This document shows positions 37,706-48,233 of a stretch of 64,000 bases of DNA, piece by piece. Under the pieces are notes generated by a model. It was not told the DNA's origin. It was given only the letters and a program-made list of their open reading frames with translations, and did not search any database. The first letter of the stretch is position 1; every line of letters starts with the position of its first letter. A program made the translations under genes and the position numbers. The stretch is from Verrucomicrobiia bacterium (GTDB lineage Bacteria; Verrucomicrobiota; Verrucomicrobiia; Limisphaerales; UBA1319): assembly GCA_963664225.1 (NCBI GenBank), contig OY760937.1:5600001-5664000 (forward strand). The letters run 5' to 3'.

Positions 37706-38479
37706 ATGAGCGAGATTCATCCATCGGCGGTCATCGATTCCCGGGCGCAGATTGGCCAGGATTGCATCATTGGGCCCTACTGCATCATCGGAGCGGATGT
37801 GGTGCTGGGGGATCGTTGCCGTCTACATTCGCATGTGGTGATTGAGGGTCACACGGTCCTGGGGGCGGATAACGAGATTTACCCGTTTGCCTGCATCGGT
37901 TTGAAGACCCAGGATTTGAAATGGAAGGGTGGGCTGACAAGAACTGAGATCGGAGCGCGCAACACGTTTCGCGAATACGTGACCATTCACAGCGCCACGG
38001 GCGATGGTGAAGTGACACGGGTGGGATCAGAGAACAACCTGCTGGCCTATTGCCATGTGGCCCACAATGTGACCATGGGCAACCGCATCATCATGTCCAA
38101 CGTGGCCACATTGGCGGGGCATGTGACCGTTGAAGATTTCGCCATTGTCGGGGGATTGGCGGCGGTGCATCAGTTTTGTCGCATTGGAAAAATGTCGATC
38201 ATTGGCGGATGCTCGAAGGTGGTGCAGGACGTGCCTCCATTCATGCTTATTGATGGCAATCCGGCTCAGACCCGAACAATCAACAAGGTGGGGATGGAGC
38301 GCAATGGAATCTCCGAGGATGCGCAGTCGGCGATGAAACACGCCTACAAGATTCTGTTTCGCGAAGGGCTGACCATATCCAATGCCCTGACCCGGATTGA
38401 GGCTGAATTGCCGCCTTTGCCCGAAATCAAGCATCTCGTCGAGTTTGCCCGGTCAAGCGAGCGCGGATTGAGCAAGTGA
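37706..38479 (+). CDS. lpxA: UDP-GlcNAc O-acyltransferase
   Basis: IHPSAVID hexapeptide repeats, QDLK, REYVTIH, HVAHN, LAGHV, VHQFCRIG. Confidence 0.96.
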   Translation: MSEIHPSAVIDSRAQIGQDCIIGPYCIIGADVVLGDRCRLHSHVVIEGHTVLGADNEIYPFACIGLKTQDLKWKGGLTRTEIGARNTFREYVTIHSATGDGEVTRVGSENNLLAYCHVAHNVTMGNRIIMSNVATLAGHVTVEDFAIVGGLAAVHQFCRIGKMSIIGGCSKVVQDVPPFMLIDGNPAQTRTINKVGMERNGISEDAQSAMKHAYKILFREGLTISNALTRIEAELPPLPEIKHLVEFARSSERGLSK

Positions 38480-38502
38480 GCAGGGATGGTGTAGCGCGGT
38501 TT

Positions 38503-39240
38503 TTACCGGCGACCGTCATACCAGATATAGCAGTCTTTGCGGTCTTTCAGACTGCGACCACGACGTATGATGGTTTTCCAGAAAAGGGAGAAATAGTCGC
38601 CCAATGTATAAAGGTGGAGCTTCCTGGATGAGGTGACGAGGGGGTGTTTATGGAGGATGACGATTTTGCGTTTCATCCGGCGTGCCTCAGCCTTCAACCG
38701 CCTGCTCAGGTCGAGTTCTTCCGACGCAAATAATTCGAGACTGAATCCGCCGATCTGGCGAAAAACAGACGTTTCACAAAAGATAAATGAGCCGGCCATC
38801 CATCGAATGCAGCGGCTGAGCCAATTCCACAAGGGAACGAATTGGGCCGCCAGCTTGTTGCTGGCATCGAATTTCAGAAGGCAACCCCCCGCCAGGGTTT
38901 GCCCACCGGCAATTTCATCGGCCACTTCCTGGAATAATTCGACGCTTGGAAACGAATCCGCATCGACAAACACCAACCAGTCACCTGTGGTGGCGGCGGC
39001 ACCCGTGTTACGCGCGCGTGAAATCTGGTTAATTGGCTCAAAAACGACGGTGACCCCGGCGGCGCGAGCCACTGCGGCGGTGCCATCGGTGGAATTATTG
39101 TCGCAAACGATGATCTCCCGTTCCCAGCCACGGGCATCCAATGCGGCACAGGCCGCCTGAACGCTCCGCAGCGTATCTGGCAGCAGTTTTTCCTCGTTGT
39201 ATGCGGGTATGACAATGGATATTTTCAAGTGCAGGGCCAA
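38503..39240 (-). CDS. Glycosyltransferase family 2
   Basis: SIVIPAYNEE, DNNSTDGT, RARNTGA, FVDAD, TSSRK. Confidence 0.92.
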   Translation of the reverse strand: MALHLKISIVIPAYNEEKLLPDTLRSVQAACAALDARGWEREIIVCDNNSTDGTAAVARAAGVTVVFEPINQISRARNTGAAATTGDWLVFVDADSFPSVELFQEVADEIAGGQTLAGGCLLKFDASNKLAAQFVPLWNWLSRCIRWMAGSFIFCETSVFRQIGGFSLELFASEELDLSRRLKAEARRMKRKIVILHKHPLVTSSRKLHLYTLGDYFSLFWKTIIRRGRSLKDRKDCYIWYDGRR

Positions 39241-39392
39241 AGTCGTTTGTCGGAGGGCCGTCGTAAAGAAGAAAAGGGAGACTTTGGTTCCTCAAGAACT
39301 AGTTGCAGGCTTGTAGTGCTTGCATTGTGGGCACAATCCTGTGATGGCGGCGCGGATGGAGCAAAAAATATTTCTTAACGTCTAATCATCTG

Positions 39393-42300
39393 ATGAAACC
39401 GAAAACTCAACGGTATGCGGGGAAGATTGAAGCAACTTCGGCCATTTTATTTCATGCTCCTTACGCCGGTCATGCATGCAGATTGATTTGTTGCATATTA
39501 TTCGTTCTGGGGCTGCTTTTGCCGGGGCGTTCCCTGGCTCAAACTCTCATCAACGTCGATTTTGGTGTCGGCAAGTCGAGTCCCAAGACTGGCTGGGCTG
39601 CCACCGGACAAAGCAGCAATGATTTTTGGAATCTTTATCGCCACTATGACCCGAAGTTTTCCCCGGGCATGCCCCTGGTGACCAACGGACTTCTTGCCGA
39701 GGTCAAATTTTCAGACGGCTCCGCTTCACCCGTGTCCATTGCCGTTTCCAACGCGCCGGGAGTCTGGGGAAACACCACCGGGGACGCCATGCTTGATTCG
39801 TATCTGTTTTCGATGAACGGGAGCAATATCACGGCGACGATCAGCAACCTACCCGCAGGCCGATACCATTTTTATCTGTATGGGCACGCGGATGCGGACG
39901 TTACAGGAGAACAGAACAGTCTGTTTACGATCGAAAGCGGAACAAACCGGTTTGGACCCTTGACTTCCGAATTGGGAACCAGGAAGGCGTCGATCAACGA
40001 GCCTGGAGTCTCCATCCATGCCGGAGAATCGCGGGAAAGTTATCCATTCGCTCTGTTTCGAGATGTGCAAGTTTTCGAAGGAATTCCAGTGAACCTGGTG
40101 GTATCCGCAGGTCCCAATGGCGTGCCAGTGCTCAATGGAATGCAGATCGCCTCCCGCGGAACCAGTCCTCCTGGATTACTCGCGGCCGGACCCTTGCTTC
40201 CCGTTGACACCGCAACGAATCTGTTGTTTCGCGAGGTGCGTTACGAGGGAACGGTCACTGACGATGAGGCGCGGTTTCATGTGAACCTGACCGTGGAGTC
40301 CCGGAGCACCAATGAGATTACCGGGATGCTGTTTGAAGGAGATGTCGCAATTCTCGATGCAAAGATGCCTGAGAAATTACGGCTGATGGCTCAACCCAAG
40401 GGCGCCTTGATAGTGGCCAGCGCGCCGGGAGTTTATGAAGTGTCGTTCGATGCCGTGGTCAAAATCCAGCGTGCCGAGCCTTGGAACCAAATCACCTTGA
40501 TCGGTCCGCCCGCTGCCATTGCCTCGGTGAATGCGCGGGCCGCCGGAGCGGATGTGGAGATGCAGCTTCTAAGCGGAACTCTCGTTGATTTGCAGAAGGC
40601 GGACAAAGCATCGGAAGTTCATGGTTTGATCGGGCCGGATCGCATCCTTTTTTTACGGTGGCAAAGCAAGGCCGCGGAGGTTCAACGCAGGTCGTTTGTC
40701 ACGGTCGATACGTTGGCGGGTATTCAAATCACACCCACGGTAGTCCGGTTCAACACCCTCTTTAAATATGACATTCTTCAGGCGACCATCGCCCGTCTTG
40801 TCATTTCGCTTCCCACAAACCAATCCTTGATTCGGCTTCAGGGCGAGCAAATTCGCGACTGGCGCGTGACACCGGACAACGACGCTTCCTTGTTGACGGT
40901 TGAATTCCTCAAGCCGATTGAAAAAACCTATCAACTGACACTGTTAAGCGAGCAAACGGTCGAGTCCACATCCGCTGCCCAGGCTCTGGGAGTGCCGCGT
41001 CCGCAGAAAGTCGAGCGGGAGTCAGGATCGATCAATCTCGCGGTCGATGACACTGTTGCGGAGGTTCAAAGGGCGGAAGGCTTGCGGCAGGTCAACACTC
41101 CGGCAGGCGCAGTGGCTTCGTATCGTTTCAATGCGCGCCCCTTCGCTTTAAGCGCACGCATCCGGCGCATCGAACCGATGATCGAAATTTCCGACCGGGT
41201 GACGGCGCGTTTGGAGGAAAGTCGTTTTCTTGTCGATCATTCCATGAATCTGCAAGTCACAAAGGCTGGCGTGTATTCCATCGAGTTGTCTCCACAAACC
41301 GGTTTTGCAGTCGCAAATGTTACCGGGGAGGGTGTCGATGATTGGAAACTGATCGACGGAAAATTACGCGTCAATTTCACAAGTCGAGTTCTTGGAACGC
41401 GTCCGCTGCGAATTCAATTGGAACAGGCGCTGAAGGAATTTCCCGCGCGGGTGGTGGTCGATCCGCTTCGGCTGACCGGTGCAGCGACTGAAACGGCGGA
41501 AATAGGGGCGGGTGCATTATTCGGATTGCGTGTGAAAACGGCGGAATTGGCGGGCCTGCGCGAAATACCGATCGACCGCCTCAGCCAGCGAACGGATGAA
41601 CTGCTGGCTTATCAATCGGATCAGGCGGCCTGGAGGTTGACGCTTGCAACTGAAAAACTCGCCCCAAGGGTGGTTGCCGACATCTTCAACCTGGTGACGG
41701 TGGGCGACGGTCTGGTGGGCGGCAGCGCCACGATGCGCTTTGGCATCATCAATCAAGGCGTGCGGGAGTTTCATATCAAAGTGCCGTCGCATTGGAAGAA
41801 TGTCGATTTCACCGGGCCAGGGATCCGGCGCAAGGAGCAAACCACCAACGATTGGATCATTGGCCTGCAGGATAAGGCGTGGGGCGGTTATACACTGGTC
41901 ATTACCTATGATTTTCCATTCGATCCCAAAGGTGCGGCATTGGCCGTGGGCGGTGTTCACGCTGCGGATGTGGAGCGGGAAACCGGGAGCATCGCACTGA
42001 CCAGTTCCTCGGGGTTGCGGCTGGACGCGAGGCCCGTTTCGGAGCCGTTACGGCGCATCGACGAGATGGAACTGGCCGCCGAGGATCGCGCATTGATCAT
42101 GCGCCCCGTGATGCTGGCCTACCAATACACCGGCGTGGCCTACGATCTGACCCTGGATGTGGCGCGCTATGAACCTGCGCGCATGCTGGAGGCGGTCGCG
42201 GATCGCACTCAATTGACCACGGTAGTCACCGAGGCGGGCCAGATGCTTACGCAGGCCTCCTTCATGGTTAAAAATAATGAGAAACAATTTCAGCGGTTCC

Positions 42301-45300
42301 GGCTTCCCGAGGGCGCGCAATTCTGGTCCAGTTTTGTCAATGACAACGCGGTGAAGGCCGAACGCGATGGGGACTGGGTGCTGGTGCCCTTGCCTCGCCA
42401 GGATAACCGCGATGCAACCTTCGCCGTGGATCTGGTGTACGCGCAAAAAATGGGTGCGTCGGGAGCCATGCGAGGGAAGACGGTTTCGCTGGAAGCTCCG
42501 CGCACCGATATTCCGAACACCTACGCTGAATGGCAGGTTTACGCGCCCAAGTCACGCCGATTGAGCGGATTTGGAGGCACGATGACCATTGCGCAAGGAA
42601 CAGTTTACGGATGGCATGAGGCTTGGAACCAGTTTTTTGCATTCTATGCAAGGATGGAGAAAGAAATGGCTTTTGAAGCGCTCTTTTTTGGCGGCCTGTT
42701 TTTGCTGTTGTTTGTGATGATCGTTGCATTCAAGCGACGCGGTTTCAGGGGCCTTGCAAGCGGATTGGCGGTCTTCGCCTTGATGCTCTTATTAGGCGCC
42801 ATGTTACTTCCGGCACTTTCCAAGTCCAAATCCAGAGCATCAAGCGCGTCCCTCACTGCCATTGGAGGCAGGAATGCAGGCAGGACGGATGTCAACGGTC
42901 CGGCGCCTGCGGTCGATACACTGAGTTTGGAAGATAGCAAAAGTGCCGGGGACAGAAGTGACTTGAGTGTGGAGCTAAAAAAGAAGGCGGATGGTCAAAC
43001 CGGTTCTCAAAGGATTCCAGAACGACCGGCAATCGTGCCTGCGACCCCAGTGCCGAGTCAGGTTCCTGCTGCGGCACCAGTGGCGTCCGAAACGCTACAG
43101 CACGGTATTGGATTGGTGAACACGGACAAGGAAACTGCGGGGTTATTTGGGGGAGGCGGAGGTATCGGTGGATTCGCCGGTCGCGCGATGGTTCCGATGG
43201 GGAAAGTGGTGGAGAGCGGAATCAACCCGATACGCATCGATATTCCACGCGAAGGCCGGTCCTATTTGTTTACCAAGGTTCTCAATGTGGGTGGCGAGCC
43301 CCTTACAGTGCGGGCGCGTGACATGGATGCCACCGGATACCTGGTTGCGCGTGGAATACTTGAGACCATTGCTTTTCTAGCGGGACTCACTTTGGTGTGG
43401 ATGCAATGGCGGAAGCCGTTTCGCAATGCGTTTTGGCTCACAGTGGGAGTGGTGCTTTCATTTGGAGCAGTGGCGCATTTGTTGATTGCATGGAGAGTTT
43501 TGCATCTGGGTTTGATCGTTTTTGCGCCGTTGATTGTGCTGTTCATTCTGGTTTGGATCGTGTGCAGAATTCCAGGACGCAAAACTGTTTCAGCCGGGAA
43601 TGCGGTTCCTCCCATGCTCGCACTGTTGGCGATGCTGGTTTGGCCACTGGGCGCTTCGGCGCAAACAACCGGGGCTGCAGGGACCAATGCGGTTTCGATC
43701 ACCTCGGCCATTTACAAAGGAGAGGTGAGGGGACAGGTGGCCGCTTTCGATGTGGCTCTCCGTGTGCAAACCTTCCGCACCAACGCACTCGTGCGTTTGT
43801 TTGGCCCGGAGGTCGCGGTGCAACAGTTCTCCTCGGACACCCCATCGGTGCAATTGGTGCGGGACGGGACATCGGTCTGCGCGGATTTGGGCACGGCGAG
43901 CTCGGCCGGATTAACCCTGAAAATCATGGTTAAAATTGGTGGCGAGGTGACACAACGGCAGCTTGCGTTTGGAATTCCCCAGTCCCTTTACAGCCAGTTC
44001 GTGTTGGATATCGACGAACCTGATGTCGAGGTCGATGTTCCCACAGCCGTTTCCGTCAGGCACGCCACCATTGAAGCAAAGACTCATATCGAGGCGATTA
44101 TCGGCCCCGGAGCCGGAGTGGATTTGCGGTGGACGCCACGGGTCAAACGGGCTGCCGAAATTGCCGCCACGATTTTTTGCGAGAACACGTCCCTGGTTAC
44201 ACTTGGGAACAGCGTGGTGGGCGTGCGCTCTGTGCTGGATTACCAAATCACACAGGGGGAATTGCGTCGGGCCTCGGTTCGATTGCCAGCCGGCCAGCGA
44301 CTGGTGCGCGTCGAAGGCGAGATGGTTCGCACCTGGGAACAGCGTGATGAAGGGGACGCTTCGATCGCCGTTGTGGAATTGCTGAAGGGCGTTTCCGCGA
44401 ATTGGCGCCTTACCCTGGAGACTGAAAAGCCTTTGGATCCATTGCCAACGGTTGTGAAAGTGCTCGTGCCGCACGCAATGGAGGTTCAGCGCGAGACGGG
44501 TGTGGTGGGGCTGGCGGGCGCCGAAGAACTGGGGCTTAACATCGAAGCCCCATCGCTTCAACGCGTGGATGGCGCTGAATTTGGGAAAATTGTCGGGCGC
44601 AAGGTGGAGGGTTTGTCGGGCGCATTCCGATTCCTAAAACCCGATTTCAACTTGTCCGTGGGCGTCGAGGTGATCCGGCCTGAGATTGAGGCGGTCGTGC
44701 ATAATCGTGTCACGGTGGGATCCGACCAGACCGTGCTGGCGGCCCAGGTGGATTACCAGATTAAAAAGGCAGGGGTGTTTTCCCTGAGGCTTTTGTTGCC
44801 GAAAGATTATCGTGTGGAAAAAATTGCTGGCAGCAAAGGGGCAATCAATGGGCGCGTGCTGCCGGGAACGGATATTTACGAGGCCAATCTCGGTGAGCGT
44901 GTTCTGGGCGCCTGCACGATACGCATGACGCTGACCAAGTCCGGGAATGAGCCGCCCAAGCATGTCAATATTGTGGGGGTGCATCCATTGGATACGGCGA
45001 AACTGGCTGGATTTGTATCTGTTTCCTCGGAATTGGGTCTTGTCTTGAAAACCGAGGAGTTCGAGGGACTGTCGGAGATTCCCGCGACAGGTCTGCCGGG
45101 GTTGCTACAGGAACCTCAAGAACCGGGCGGCAGGAGCATTGAACCGGCACCAGAGGCATTAAGTGGGAGCACGCTGGCTTTCAAGCGCATCGCCACCCAG
45201 CCTGGAGATGTGCCGGATTGGAAATTGGTCGTCACGGCGGAACAAGTGGAGCCTTGGATTCGGGCCGAGATCGTCAACACCTACAACATCACCGACACAC

Positions 45301-46859
45301 TGGTGAATGGTCGCGCCATTGCCCGTTTTGAAATAGCCAATGCTCCCATCCGGGAGCTGAAGTTGAATATTCCAAAAGCCTTTAAGAACGTGGAGATCAC
45401 GGGGGCAAACATTCGCCGCCGGGATCAGGATGGCGAACAGTGGCGGGTGGAGTTGCAGGGCAAAACGCGTGGAATCTATTTGCTGACCGTCACATGGGAA
45501 CAGCCGCGTTCAAGCCAGACCAACGCGTTGGAACTTGAAGGAGTCTCTGCCACGGGAGTGGAGCGTGAAACGGGGATGTTTGCGATTGTGGCGCGTCCGC
45601 CATTGCAGGTTTTGCCCCAAACCATGGGGGACATGCTCAAAGCTGACCCGCGCGAATTGCCTGAATGGGCGGGTCGTCCAGATACAGCCACTGTTTTGGC
45701 ATTTCGATATTTGCGATCCGGAGCGAAACTTTTGGTGGATGTAAAACGATTCGAAGAAGTGTCGGTATTGCAGGCCCTCGTTGATAATGGACGCTTTACG
45801 ACCGTCGTCGCCGAGGACGGCCAGACCATGACGGAAATGGTCCTGGCATTGCGAAATAATGGACGCCAGCATTTGGAACTGGAGTTGCCGAATGGGGCGC
45901 AAGTCTGGTCGGCATTTGTCGGTGGCCAGCCAGCCCAGCCCAGCCGACGGGATGGCCGGATACTCCTGCCGGTGGAGCGGAGCGCCGCTGGAAGCCGGGC
46001 CACGATTTCAGTGGAATTAATTTATGTGAACACAAACAAATTCCCTGGATTGCGGGGATCGCTGGAACTCGTTTCTCCAAAGTTCGATGTTCCCTTGAAG
46101 AACATTCGCTGGGAATTGTATTTACCTCCCAATTACACCTATTCGGAATTTGGCGGGAGCATGAATATCATTGTACCGGAGGTGGTGTTCGCAAGATCCC
46201 TTTCCTCTGTTGATTCCCGGTATTCCATTGATGAATACAAACGGCAGGAAACGCAGAAACAGGAAGTCATCCAATCTGAAGTGCAGTTCAACTTGCATAG
46301 TGCCCAGGAGAAACTTGCGGAAGGTAACATCAAGGAGGCCGTGGAAAATTATCGCCAGATAAGATCCGGGAAACAAGGATCGGTTGCTGCCGAACCTGGA
46401 ATCAAGCAGTTGGAGAAGGATTTGCGCCGGGTTCAAAGCAGCAATTTGCTGGCGCGTCAGAACACCTTCAGCGCGGCCAATGGTGTGGTGATGGATGCCC
46501 AGGTGGATCAAAGAGGGCAGAATGCCAGTGCCACAAGAAACTCGATGCTCTTTTATAATGATTCCACGGTGGCTGAGCAGCAATGGAGCAAACTGCAGCA
46601 GGCGCAGGAGGTCACGGTGGCGCAAATCCAACCGTTGCGGGTCAATCTGCCGATTCGCGGGGCGCACTACGAGTTTTCGCAGGTTCTTCAGACGGAAACC
46701 GGAAAGCCCATGACGATTCACCTCCTGGCGGCAAAGTCAGGGGCCGGAGGCGTCGTTGGAAAAGTCATCCTTATAACGGGTGGATTTCTCTTCCTGTGGC
46801 TGTTGCTGAAGCTGCTCTTCGGAACGTCCAAACGGCGTGTCCCGGCCGCGCAGGCATAA
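39393..46859 (+). CDS. Giant (2488 aa) internally duplicated membrane-anchored protein of unknown function
   Basis: Single long ORF with signal peptide (RSLA-Q), LINVDFG beta domain, two homologous halves, central TM bundle and C-terminal TM. Confidence 0.85.
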   Translation: [2488 protein letters not shown]

Positions 46860-46865
46860 AAAAGA

Positions 46866-46909
46866 GGCGCCTCTAATGAAAGGGGCGCCTCTAATGAAAG
46901 GGGCGCCTC
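46866..46909. repeat. 18-bp tandem repeat (2.4 copies) forming alternative hairpins; probable terminator between convergent genes
   Basis: GGCGCCTCTAATGAAAGG x2 plus GGCGCCTC, with an A-run on the left. Confidence 0.75.
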
Positions 46910-46934
46910 CTGATAATTCAGTGTTCGGACTGTC

Positions 46935-48233
46935 TTAGACAGCCTTGTCCCAAGGCGTCCGGTTCTTCCGGCCCAGCCATGTGTTTGCTTCGGCATCGCC
47001 AATGAATTGTTCCTTTTCAGGATCCCACTTCAATTTGCGGTGATTCCAATAGGCAAGATTGCCCAAGTGACAGACTGAGGCCGAGCGGCAGCCGATTTCC
47101 ACATCGCAAATCGGTTTTTCGCGGGAACGGATGGCTTTGACGAAATCGTCGTAATGGTTGGTGCTCTTGTAGAGCTTGATTTTGTTGTCACCCAAGGGTT
47201 CCTTTTCGATTTCCACCGGAGTGGCCTTGAACATGCCGCGATTAACGAGAATCGTGCCGTTTTCGCCGATGAATGTGACGCCGCCACCACCGGTGTGGAT
47301 CATTTCCACTCCGTTGGCGTAAATGTAGCGCAGGCCTTTGGTGGCCTTGGGATCTTCGGGGGGGATGATTTCCACAGGGCCACTGTTGTCCATGCCCAAG
47401 GCCCATTGCGCGATATCGAAGTGATGAGCGCCCCAGTCAGTCATCATGCCGCCCGAATACTCGCGATAATTGCGCCAGTCAGGAAAGTTCTGATGCACGC
47501 CACGGGGACTGAGAATGGAATTATAAGCGCGCATGGGGGATGGCCCGAGCCACATGTCCCAATTCAAGCCGGGTTCCATCTTTTCCTCGGGCAGGTCACA
47601 CCACTTGGAGGAGGGACCGACGTCCACAAGCACTTGCTTGATTTTGCCGATGCGGCCATTTCGGACGAGTTCGCAGGCTTTGTGAAACTCGCTGCTGCTG
47701 CGCTGCATCGAACCGGTCTGAAAAACACGGTTGTTCTTCCGAGTGGCGTTGACCATGGCGCGCGCCTCGGGAATGTTCAGAGAGAGCGGTTTTTCGCAAT
47801 AAATGTCCTTGCCGGCGTTGGCTGCGGCTATGGCAAGGATGGCATGCCAATGGTCGGGAGCGGCGATGACCACGGCGTCGATATCCTTGCGGGCGATGAC
47901 CTCGCGAAAATCCGCATAGGCTTCGCAACTATTATATTCCTTGCCGGTCTTGGCGGTGTAGAAATCGTTCGCTTTTTTCTGGTGAAATTTGCGGCGGTTT
48001 TCGTCCACATCGCATACGGCAACGACCTGCACGCTGGGGTGAGGCAGAAAGCTGTTGAGCAGGTGGCGTCCCTGCGTGCCGGTGCCAATGTAGCCAAATA
48101 CGATTTTATCGTTCGGCTTGGCCTGGCCTTCCGCCGCCCATATATGGGATGGCAACAGGAACGGTGCGGCAGCCGCCGCCGTCGTGGCCGCCTTTAAGAA
48201 ATGGCGGCGTGAAACATCAGTTCTTTTACTCAT
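46935..48233 (-). CDS. Tat-exported Gfo/Idh/MocA oxidoreductase
   Basis: SRRHFLK, GYIGTGTQG, PDHWH, DIYCEKP, DWGAHHFD. Confidence 0.93.
   Translation of the reverse strand: MSKRTDVSRRHFLKAATTAAAAAPFLLPSHIWAAEGQAKPNDKIVFGYIGTGTQGRHLLNSFLPHPSVQVVAVCDVDENRRKFHQKKANDFYTAKTGKEYNSCEAYADFREVIARKDIDAVVIAAPDHWHAILAIAAANAGKDIYCEKPLSLNIPEARAMVNATRKNNRVFQTGSMQRSSSEFHKACELVRNGRIGKIKQVLVDVGPSSKWCDLPEEKMEPGLNWDMWLGPSPMRAYNSILSPRGVHQNFPDWRNYREYSGGMMTDWGAHHFDIAQWALGMDNSGPVEIIPPEDPKATKGLRYIYANGVEMIHTGGGGVTFIGENGTILVNRGMFKATPVEIEKEPLGDNKIKLYKSTNHYDDFVKAIRSREKPICDVEIGCRSASVCHLGNLAYWNHRKLKWDPEKEQFIGDAEANTWLGRKNRTPWDKAV

Noticed and set aside
46866..46909. Possible mini CRISPR array
   Set aside because: Units are 18 bp with identical intervening sequence, no unique spacers and no cas genes.
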